DNA of 64,000 bases from Diplonema japonicum (lineage: Eukaryota; Protista; Euglenozoa: Diplonemea): positions 124,001-188,000 of the forward strand of contig OZ025681.1 of assembly GCA_964019335.1 (NCBI GenBank), read 5' to 3'. Numbering within the stretch: the stretch's first letter is position 1; the number at the start of each line of letters is the position of its first letter. Positions 54,166 through 64,000 of this stretch are shown here, piece after piece. A model generated the notes under the pieces. That model saw nothing but the letters and a program-made list of their open reading frames with translations, searched no databases and was not told the DNA's origin. Both the position numbers and the translations under genes were made by a program.

Positions 54166-56680
54166 CTCTCAGTTTCGGACATATCTCGCGACTCCTCCAG
54201 GTGTTGTCCTCATCAGGCGAGAGGCAGAAAAGAGCAATATAATGGAGCTCCATTCGTGTTATGAAATAACGGTGAATGCTGCGTTGTCGCGCTCCGTGTA
54301 GCGCATGATCCTTGGTTCCAAGAACTCCTTCCACGCCAGTTCCTGCGACGCCTGGGTCGTCTTGCATATCCAGGGTACCCTTGGTGCCGATGCTTAATAT
54401 AATAACAGCATAGCCTTCATGCACGACTCTTTGCTGCATGCTGATGCACAAATGGTAGAGTAGGGGTAGTGGTACTCCACACCCGAGGGACGGATCTCTA
54501 GGTAAATTGTCTTCCGCACATCATCGAAAGTTATAATATTATGCCGCGCGGCTCCACAAAAACAACAACGATGACAGCCAGGACGATAAGGGGCACAGAG
54601 ACGTATGGGTACGACGAAGCGCAGAGAGAGAGCGAAGAACACTACGAAAAGACAAAGGAGCGATTTGTGAAGCATTGACCTTTCCATGAGAGTGACCTGC
54701 CACAAACCGGAGCTGATGCTTAATAGACCTGTGGGTGGAACATCTAGCACAGGGTACTGCTTACCTTTGATTTTCTTTGCGATATATTCTACTAGTTCTT
54801 CGCTGACACCGCTGGCACCCGACTGGGTCCGAGAATTTGAGTACACTCCAGTAGTGTGTTGAGTGGATGTGGTTTGCGAGCCTCGCTGGGCATTGCCTGA
54901 CGACTGTCCCCTGCGTTTTGTCATGATTCTCTTCAGGTACCTCACCTTCGGCTTTACACAGCTGCCTATGTCGGTTCGTTGATGAGCTGCGAAGGCTCAG
55001 CGTGGATTCCGTACTGGCCTAGCATGTGCTCAGAGAGCAGTTTTAATGAGGCAAAATGTGTCTTCTTTCTCAGTCTCGCGTGCTATCGCGTCATCTGGCA
55101 TTTTTTGCCTTTTTGATCCTAACGAAGATTCTGAATTGTGTTCTTACGCAAGAAGGAAAAAAAGAATAATATAAATATAAAGCAAGAAACCATGCTGTTC
55201 ATTCTTTTTTTTTTTTCTTTCTTTTCCTGCTAAAATACTTCTATTTCTTTCTACGCTCGAACAGCTATTCTTTAAAGGTATGTGTTTCTTTTGTAGCAGT
55301 CTCTCACCCACAAGGGGGGGGGGGGGGGGGGGTCCGTCGACAGAAAACTCTCGCCTTCAATGCATAGCACAGCATAGTCTGTACCCGTGTTAAAAGAGGG
55401 ACCGGCCGTTGGTTGTCCGTGCCCGGGGTATAATCTGGAGAAGTTTTGTCAACCCGAAACACGTTGCCAACGTTCTCCTTTGAAGAGGGAAAAAGAAAAA
55501 AAAGGAGAAAAGAAAAAAAAACGCACTTTGATGACAGTTCCTCAGGAGGTCGAGTACTCCCTCTGTCCCAACGTGCTTCACCAGCTGCGGTGCTTATGGG
55601 TCTGCTTGTAGAGTAGCGAAATTGCGTTTTTGAACAGCAACCTCGCAAAATAAGATTTTTCACTGGGAATGGGGGAAGCCACGAAGGATGAAAGGTTTTT
55701 CTTTTTTTTTTTTTTTTTTTTTTTTTCATTTTTTCATTTTTTCTTTTTTTTTTTTTTTTAAAAACCAGTAAAAAGGACGAAGCGTAAGAATATCTAGCGA
55801 TCAAAAAAAGAAAAAAATTAAAATCTGTATAGGCATCTTAAGTACCACTGGATTAACCTCCAAAAACACCCTCGAAACCAGCTTTTGGTTGCACGCAACT
55901 CATATGAGCAGTACTGTTTCAGACGAGTTCGGGAGTGCCCGGGGGGACATATGTAATATGAATCTGTGCTCAGTGTACTCTTTAAGACTATCACGAACCC
56001 GAGGTTTACCCACCCCAATTTTATTCTATTCACTTCTCAGGGCCTTTGAGGGGCGTCTCCGTGTTTTCTTTACACAATGGTTGCGTGCTCGAAGATGTTT
56101 TAATTTTAGAAAAAAAAAAAGAAGAAAAAAAAAAGTCCTTTAATGGTTAAACAAAATTAAAGATCGTGGGGCACGGCAGACGAAATTCATAAAACAAAGA
56201 AAGTAAACAAAACAGCAGTCTTCACGCAATGAAAAAAAAAAAAAAAAAGTAATAATGTCCTAAGATCCTGACACGCCAAAATGAAAATAGTACTGAGCAT
56301 TACGTCACATATGGTGGCCAACCCCTCTACCAGCAGGAAGAGGGAACTGGAGGCGCCTGCAGACGTGCAAAACGTGTGCGGTGACTGCTTCTTACAACAG
56401 AAAAGATGCAGCATGTGACGACATCGCCTGACGACAAGCAGCTTAGGCATGAAACCAACTAGCGAGTTGTTGCCAGCCCCATATGGGTTCTCTCCGTTGC
56501 TAAAATCAACAGCAAGTTCAAAAAAAAAAAAGTCGGTTGGGGGTTAGCCGTGTAGAATAAACAAAGCCTAACAATGCTTTACCCCCCTACCCCACTACTC
56601 TTTTTTTTTTTTTTCTTCTTCTTTTAGCACCAACAATTCAGTGTCGTACAAAAAAAAAAAAAAAAAAAAAAAAAAAGAAA

Positions 56681-58231
56681 CTACCTCACCCGCCGCCTGA
56701 CACGAATACGCCTCCTGTGCACCCAATGTGTGGCATAGGCCGCCACAGGTACCACAGCGGGAACAGGAGGCGGCACAGGAAGTGGTACAGACGCAACCTG
56801 AGGTGGCGGGGTAGGAGATACAGTAGGCACAGGAAGCGGCGGTGCTGTCGTACCAATGTGCCACCTGTGCTTCACACCAGATTTGACATAATCGTTGACA
56901 TTGAGGAAGCTGGCAACCATGTTTTCCAGCTCGCCCCTCATGTCGCGTGTCTCGGACAACGGTAGCAGGTTCACCGCTAAGTAGTGTGTCAAGACAGATG
57001 TCCAGAAGTGGTGCGAGTGGCCCCCGACGATGAAGTGCGTCCCGTCCTGCGTCACGCACTCCTTCCCGAAGCATTCCGCCCTCAGGCACGTCCTGACCTC
57101 CCCAGGGTTGAGGCAGTCCCCGCGTTTCATATCTGTCGCGTTTTGTAGTAGAGTTGCCGAAAAAACTTTCAGCAAGGGGATGTGTTGCTTGGAAAGCTCT
57201 TTTTCGATGTCAGGGTTCCCCCAGTCGTACTCGCTGGGAGTGTCCCATGTCACTGAAGCCAAGGGTGCCTTTGTGCAGCACTGCGAATAAGACGACTCCT
57301 GCCTGGCGTTGTACTGCCCCTTCTCGAAGAACTGCGGGCTCATCTCTCTGAACAGCAGCATGGGCTTCCCATCCGTCACGTTTGCATTGTACTCCGTCAC
57401 CGTCTCCTCGATCACCTCAGCTAATGATGGGCTCGTCTTGTAGTAATGCAGACCGGGGCTCATAAGAATAATGTCATCCTTCGTGGCGTTAAGCTCAGAC
57501 ACAACAAATCGATAGGCGGAGGCAGGGTTGAGGGGGTGTTGAAGCTTTCCAGCACGGATCCCCACCCAGCATGCTATGGTGTCTGTGAGCCGGATGAATA
57601 CACAGTTCAAACCGTCAGATTTGTAGGACTTTATAGAATAGTTTCCGACACCTGGAAGCTCGCCGAGGTTGTATAGCTTTTCGGGGCCGAGGTCCGGGAT
57701 CAGCGATTCTTGCGACAGCACTGCTACAAGGTGTCGGAAGTGATCGTCTCCAGTACTATCGCCTACTATGAAGAGCTTACGCCCGGAAAGTATTTTTGCG
57801 GTCTCTGTGGGGTTGTGATACGTCATTCTGCATGTTGCTGGCTTGAATATGGGGAATCCTTCCCTTGCTACCCAATTTCCGTACATGGCAAGACGTTCCT
57901 TCATTTCGCGGGCGTAGTCGAACCAAGGGAGGGCGCTTGCGCAGGATTTTATGTTCCAGCAGTCTTTCCAGCGTATGGGCATGCCGTAGCGTTGCGGCTC
58001 GCGTTCGTATTCCCAGGTTCCTTTCACGTGTTTGCTGAAGTCGCAGAGTTGGGTAGGGGAAGGGGAGGGTTCATCGTCGTTGCTGTTGTTGCTGCTGTCT
58101 TTTGGGGTTTTGAACAGCAGGCTTTTGACCCTTTTGTGGTTCAGACGTACGCCGTCTTCCTTTAGTATTGAGGAGTAGCTTGTGGCTAACATAACGCAGA
58201 TTAGAAAGACGCACCATTTGTCGTTGCCCAT
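56681..58231 (-). CDS. Type II membrane SGNH/PC-esterase (TBL-like O-acyltransferase/esterase) protein
   Basis: N-terminal anchor; CDFS..GTW; FKPATC; FIVGDS; DGTHF (DxxH). Confidence 0.75.
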   Translation of the reverse strand: MGNDKWCVFLICVMLATSYSSILKEDGVRLNHKRVKSLLFKTPKDSSNNSNDDEPSPSPTQLCDFSKHVKGTWEYEREPQRYGMPIRWKDCWNIKSCASALPWFDYAREMKERLAMYGNWVAREGFPIFKPATCRMTYHNPTETAKILSGRKLFIVGDSTGDDHFRHLVAVLSQESLIPDLGPEKLYNLGELPGVGNYSIKSYKSDGLNCVFIRLTDTIACWVGIRAGKLQHPLNPASAYRFVVSELNATKDDIILMSPGLHYYKTSPSLAEVIEETVTEYNANVTDGKPMLLFREMSPQFFEKGQYNARQESSYSQCCTKAPLASVTWDTPSEYDWGNPDIEKELSKQHIPLLKVFSATLLQNATDMKRGDCLNPGEVRTCLRAECFGKECVTQDGTHFIVGGHSHHFWTSVLTHYLAVNLLPLSETRDMRGELENMVASFLNVNDYVKSGVKHRWHIGTTAPPLPVPTVSPTPPPQVASVPLPVPPPVPAVVPVAAYATHWVHRRRIRVRRRVR

Positions 58232-60353
58232 GATGTTATAAAAAAACTGTATTGGCTTACACGGACTGAGCCCACCATCATGGATACCCAGATAGCAAGA
58301 TCTGGGTACAGAAAGTACAGGAGTGACAAGGATTCTTTTGCCAGTTTTATGCGTTCGTAGGCTTGTTTGAGTAATAAAAAAAAAAAGAGAGAGAAAGAAA
58401 AGAAAAGAAAAAAGAAAAAAAAAGAGGGGAATAATGGGGAGGGAGATGCTAGCAAAAAAAAAAAAAAAAAAAAAAAAAACAAGGTCTGTTCGGGGGAGGG
58501 AGGGGGAGGAAGTGAGGGTATATTGGTTTATAACACAAAGTTAGCCCTTTTTTTTCTTTTTTTTTCTTCTTTCTTTTTACTTTCCCCCCTTTTTTTTTTC
58601 TCCCTCCTTTTTCTATATAACCTCAGTGCTCCTTATGTAACCCATCGTCGTTATATTTCTTCTTTTCTTCAACATGCCGTTTCTCAACCTTTTTCTCTTC
58701 GTTTTTTTTCTTTTTTCTTATTTTTTTTTTTTTTTTGTGCAGCAAAAAAAAAAAAAAAAAAAAAAAAACAGAGAATTGAGCACATAGAAAGGAAGCATCA
58801 TGTACCGCGAAAAGAAGGCATTAGCAGAATAAAAAAAAAAAGGGAAAAGAAAAGGGAGGGATATGTATAAAAAAAGGGAGGAAAAGAAGAAGGAAAAGAA
58901 ATAAATAACAAGAGAGGAAAAGAAAGGAAAAATAAATAAGAAATTAAAAAAAAAAACTGGATATTTAGAAATTGCGAAAAAAAAAAAATAAAAAAAAGTG
59001 TTTTTTTTTTCCTTTTTTTTTTCCCCCTCCCAGAGGGGAGGGGGAGTGACAAAAAAATTTAAGGGGGAGAAGAAAAAAAAATAGAAATTATAGAAATTGA
59101 GAAACGAGATCGCCCACATCTTATAAGGTGTATAAAGGACAACATTATTTTCTTATTTTCCTTGTTTTCTTTCTTTTTTCTTTTTTTTTTCTTGCTCTTT
59201 CCTGGCTTTTTCCTTTCTTTTCAAGTCTTCTTTTTTTTTAAAGTATATTCCTTTAGCGAAAGAAGGGAAAAAAGCGGGGGGAATAATATAAGAGAAGAAA
59301 AAAAAAAAAAAAAGAAGAAAATAAAAAAAGAAAAATAGTTTTTTTTTTTTGGTTTTCTTTTTTTCTTTTTCTTTTTCTTTCTTGATATGGATTTTTGCGC
59401 TCTTTTCTCTTTCCTTCTTTTCAAATAAAAAAGGGGGGGGGGTGACGGCAAGGAAGCCGATGTTTACTTCTTTTCTGGGTATTATTCTCTTTTGTTTCTT
59501 CTTCTTTGTCTTTCTGTTTTCCCCGTCTTGTTGCCGAAGGCTTAATATACCTACCGCACTACAAATCAGGGTTTAAGAAAGAAAAAAAAGGGGGGCAGAA
59601 AAAAAAAGAGTGCGTCTCTGCAAGAGGTAGGCTTAAACACCTACGCTGAGATTGCTTTCTTTTCGTTTCATTTAAAAAAAAAAAAGAAAGTCAAAAGGGC
59701 TTCGTACTTAATATGGAAAATGGAAACGATTACAAAAAGAATAAGAAGGAAAAATTCCAAGAATACCAGTTTTTCGAAATCGAAAAAGTTGTACAATTTA
59801 TCCTATGACTGAGACATCGATATTTCCAAATATTTTTTCCCCGTTCTATATTGAGTACAAATAAGGTATAGAATAATAATAGAAGAAAAAAAATAATAAT
59901 AATTCGTGAGAAGAAAAAAACTCTTTTTTTTCGTTTGCTAGTAGGGGGGCTTTTTTTCTTTTTTTTTTTCTCCTCGTGTTTGCCAGAAATAAAAAAAAAA
60001 AAAAAAAAGGAATGAAAGAAAAAAAAGAAAAAAAAAAAAAAGGAAAAAAAAAAACTCTTAAAAACCCAAAGAAACCGCTGCACTGCAAAAAAAAAAAGAA
60101 GAAAAAAGAATGAAGAAAAAAAATATATAGGTGTACATGCATCACTATATTTCTTTTCGAGTTCCATTCCCTTCCCCCCCCCCCTTTTTTTTGCATTTTG
60201 ATACAGTCCGTTGTGGGCTTAAAAGAAAAGAGTGGGTCTTGACTGCACAAGCCGGGTGTAACCTGTAAGAGGTTAACCCAGAAGGCTACCCCAACTCTTC
60301 AAACAAAAATAATATGGTAAAACTGGCGCCCTTTTGCTCAAGTAAGGAAGCTA

Positions 60354-60395
<42 letters not shown>

Positions 60396-60457
60396 ATAGG
60401 TATAGAAACCTAATATGAGCACCCTTACACTCTGCACAAAAGTACAAGTTTTTTGTT

Positions 60458-60505
<48 letters not shown>

Positions 60506-61696
60506 TAAAACCACATTTGTTTTTGTACCGAAATAAATATAAAAAACAAAAAAAAACGAAAACAAAAAACAAGAAAAGGAATATTTTGTAGCCTCTGACC
60601 TGACGCAGCTGGGTCATTTGTTTTTTTTTTTTCTTTCTTTTTTTCTATTTGTCATTGTGTTTCTTTTCTACAACTGTTATCCTTCCTTTTTGTCACCTCT
60701 ATGCTAGATTTACGGGGGGGAAAAAAAAATTAAACAAAAAAAGTAAATACCCATCGTAGGGTCCATTTTTCTGTGTTTCTTTCAACAGACCTTTAACGAA
60801 AGAGGGACTCTCAAAAGGCAGGATTTATTTTCGACAAAAAGTGTCAATGCTACAAACCTTCTTCCTTTTTCTTTCTGTTATCATTTTCTTTTTATTTTTA
60901 TTTTTATTTCCTGTTTATCATTTCTTTTCATTCCTTCCCTTTTTTTTTTTTCCTTCTTTTTTTCAGGCTGATTGCAAGGTGCCCAAAGATACTTTTCGAG
61001 TCGCCTGCAATGGTTTCTGTTCTTTTTTTTTCTTTTGAAAATGAATAGAGATCAATTTCAAGAAGGACCTCCAAAAGATATCCTTTTTTTTTTTCTTCTT
61101 TTCTTTTTTCTGATTTGCAGTTTCTTCTTCTTTTTTTTTTTTTGAAAAAAAAAAAATAGAAGTCTATCAAAAAAAACTTTTTTTTTTCTTCTTCGTTTGC
61201 TTTGCTTGTTAAACTAAAATACTCTCACATTTTTTTTTTTTCTTCCATAGAAGAAAAAAACGGCTTTATATATAAAAAAAGTAGTTAAATAATAAAAAGA
61301 TTTTTCATTTTTAATAGAAATGTAAAAGCACCACGAATATTTGGGGGAAAAGGAAAATAAAATAATTAAGTGCTTTAGCCTTGTTCCTTGTTACAACATC
61401 TGCTGTGACTGAAATATCTGTTTAAATACACGGCTTTACCAAAAGGAAGATTTTGCAGATTGACACCATCCTAAAAAGTTTAGTCATTCTTTGGGTGGAC
61501 AACGATAGATAACCAACTCCAGTGGTGTCAAATAGATCGATGGGCTGTTTTTTTCTTTCTTCTTTTTTTTCCTCCCCCCCCTTTCTTTCTCCTTCTTTTC
61601 TTAATCTAGAACAATAAAAAAAAGATAGGAAAAGAAAACGAGGGGGGAAAAAAAGTAAAATTGAACTATTGTTAAAAGAGAGGCAAAGGGCCCCCC

Positions 61697-61698
<2 letters not shown>

Positions 61699-61731
<33 letters not shown>
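61699..61731. repeat. (CA)n microsatellite
   Basis: Read directly from the sequence. Confidence 0.95.
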
Positions 61732-61733
<2 letters not shown>

Positions 61734-62026
61734 GAGAAAAAAAAGGGGACTAATTTTGTTTTTTCTTCTTGGGTCCCTTTTCTTTTCTCGTTCCCCCCCT
61801 CATTTTTTTTCTTTGTCCTTTTTCTGGCTAATAGGGGGCAACAAGTGAGCCGGAAAAAAAAATTTTAAAAAAAAAAAAAAGAAAAAAGGGGAAAAGGAAA
61901 CAGGAAATAATGCGGTTTTTTTGTTTTCTTTTCAAGGAGGACAGAGATAACGAAGGTGGGAGGGGGGGAAGAGAAAAACAAAAAAGAAAAAAAAAATGTT
62001 ATTTTCAAAAATGAAAAAGAATAAGG

Positions 62027-62063
<37 letters not shown>

Positions 62064-62542
62064 CCCTCCTTTCTTCTTCTTTTTCATTTCTACAAAAAAA
62101 AAAAAAAAAAAAAAAAAAACAATATACCCACGTGCACAATAAATAAATAATAAAAAAAAGTAAACGACAGTTTAATCAATATAATAAAGACCAATTGCCT
62201 TAAAACTAAAGGGTATAATTTGAGATCGCATTTTCTTTTTTTTTTTTGGATAAAACTGAAAGCTGCCCCCCATAAAAAAAAAGAAATTTCGTCAGTAAAA
62301 AGATGGGGGGAGGGGGGAAACAAAATAAATAACCCCACAGCCCAGTGCCGGACGCCTCAAAAGAATTATTTTTTTCCTGGGGCTTAACATCAAAGAGCAT
62401 TATGGAAACGGGAGGAGGGCGAGAAAAAGCTAGTGGCTATTTTATAGCAATCTTCTCTTTTTCAAAACATATCAACAAAAAAAGGGGGGGGGGGGAAATA
62501 GACTTTCCGAGGGCTCCCACTTTCAAAGAGGGAGAAAATAAA

Positions 62543-62581
62543 TTCACTATTATAGGTACGTAGTGGTTAGCAACGGCCCGC
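62543..62581 (-). repeat. Copy of the 39-nt dispersed motif
   Basis: TTCACTATTATAGGTACGTAGTGGTTAGCAACGGCCCGC on + strand. Confidence 0.85.
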
Positions 62582-63124
62582 AAATAAAAGTTTTCCTCCT
62601 TATATAGCCTATTTTAAGAACAAAAGAGAAAAAAAAAAGAAAACGAAAGAACATGTAAATTGTGAAATAAAAAGAAAAGGGGAATATTACCAAAAAAAGA
62701 AAAAAAAATGGGGGAAGGGGAAAAAAAGGGAGGGGGGGGGGGGGGGGCATAGCTTTCTAAATCCCATTTTTGGTTGTTTGATTAAATCTTATAGTACCTT
62801 GCAGAGAGAGAAAAAGGAAAAAAAAAAGAGGAGGGAGAGAGAGAGAATATGAGGGGGGGGAAGAAAAAATCCCCCCCCCCATTTGCGAAAAAAAAACTTT
62901 TTTTTTCTCATGAAGATGTTGGGAGAAAAAAAAAAAAAAAAAGAAGAGAAAAAAAAAAAAAAGAATATTGTGACATTTCTTCACACATACTATTGACGCA
63001 AAACAAAAATATTAATATTTTCTTTTTTTCTTCTTTTATACCCCCCTCTTGTTAAATAAATAAAATAAGAAGGCTTTTTTTTTTTTTTTTTCTTTTTTTT
63101 TGCTTGAACAAGAAAAATATATTT

Positions 63125-63826
63125 TTAAATTCCGGCTCTTGACCTCAACACAGCCTCGCGCTTCAAGCGGGTAAAATGAATGTGGACGTAAGTACAAGCA
63201 GCACCCCTCGAGCAGGTTCTACCAATTTCTTTCCCGAACTCCCTGCAGCGCGTGATGTCTGTCGGTCTCACCCTCCACTGGGAAGAGCACTCACGACACC
63301 TCAAAATTGCGTACCCCCGTTTCACCCTAAGGTTTTCCCAAGTATTATGAGCACAAGGAGGAACAGGAATAGTTGATTCACTCGAGGAACACTCAGGGGT
63401 TGAAACGGGTGTCACAGACCTGGTGGAACAGGGCGACACAGAGTATGTCAAAGGGGCAGCGCTTGCTTCAATGGATTCTATTAAGAATCCGTTTTTCTGC
63501 AGGGTGACTGTCCATATTTGTTTAACCACGTGCTTCTGGGGGCAGGGCGCCACACCAATGTCGAAGATTATTTCCATTTTGCCCTCACCCACCTGCACTG
63601 CCCCGTCTAGGCCCCACATCACGGTGCAGTTCCACCCCCATGAGCTCATCACACTATTGTAGTAACGGCAAACTTGGTCATGGCCGCGGAGGGTGATGTC
63701 CTTGCCCTTGACAGTGTCCTTGACCACCACCGTCTGTGCCAGGTAAGTCTGTACCCATTCTGCCACTGTGCCTTCTTCCATGGCAGTCTGCCATGCGGTC
63801 CAGTAGTGGGCAACCTTGTCGAACAT
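63125..63826 (-). CDS. Protein with an NTF2/SnoaL-like N-terminal region plus CxHNxW..LRCREC and CCCH zinc finger
   Basis: YLAQTVVVKD..LRGHDQVCRYY is SnoaL-like; CAHNTWENLRVKRGYAILRCREC; CREF..CSRGAACTYVH. Confidence 0.75.
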   Translation of the reverse strand: MFDKVAHYWTAWQTAMEEGTVAEWVQTYLAQTVVVKDTVKGKDITLRGHDQVCRYYNSVMSSWGWNCTVMWGLDGAVQVGEGKMEIIFDIGVAPCPQKHVVKQIWTVTLQKNGFLIESIEASAAPLTYSVSPCSTRSVTPVSTPECSSSESTIPVPPCAHNTWENLRVKRGYAILRCRECSSQWRVRPTDITRCREFGKEIGRTCSRGAACTYVHIHFTRLKREAVLRSRAGI

Positions 63827-63828
63827 TC

Positions 63829-63860
<32 letters not shown>

Positions 63861-64000
63861 GTAAGAAGAAAAAAAAAAAAAAATTAAAATCTTTTTTTTT
63901 TTTAAAAAAAAAGATTTTGTGAAATAAAAAAAAAAATAAAAAAAAAATATAAAAATAAAAAAAAAAGAAATAAATAAAGGAGGGGGAGAGAGAGAGAGAG

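Noticed and set aside
19728-62581. CRISPR-like or FRT-like interpretation of the 39-nt motif
   Set aside because: Copies are kilobases apart with no spacers or cas genes. The GTTCCTAT resemblance to FRT is short and lacks the inverted arm.
18275-63055. Many short ORFs rich in poly-Phe or poly-Lys
   Set aside because: They are translations of intergenic A/T homopolymer tracts with no protein-like content.

Overview
Eukaryotic nuclear DNA, very probably a diplonemid (Euglenozoa). A near-perfect diplonemid spliced-leader (SL) exon lies at 53684-53720 (-), all host genes are on the minus strand as in a polycistronic cluster, introns are tiny (33-50 nt, GTATG..CAG) and intergenic DNA is rich in homopolymer tracts. 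Host genes: a tandem array of mucin-stalked polycystin-1-like receptors with an inserted C2 domain (two complete copies plus the first exon of a third), a LOTUS/winged-helix-like protein, a kinase fused to a dead kinesin-like domain, a secreted beta-propeller, sulfotransferase-like and PC-esterase-like type II membrane proteins, a TM/pseudo-cyclase/tyrosine-kinase-like protein, a TM pseudokinase and two Cys/His zinc-finger proteins. Mobile DNA: two piggyBac relics, several MITE-like elements and a set of retroposons that run in the host transcription direction and mostly end in T tracts rather than poly(A). The most interesting system is this retroposon set. (i) A full-length APE-RT LINE (47208-53720) begins with the SL exon itself, followed by an antisense-SL segment. 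(ii) A non-coding SINE-like family begins with an HDV-like self-cleaving ribozyme fold (20151-20287, degenerate copy 53875-54028) and appears to end in a ~39-nt motif found six times in the window. All assignments are from manual reading; no searches or folding programs were run.
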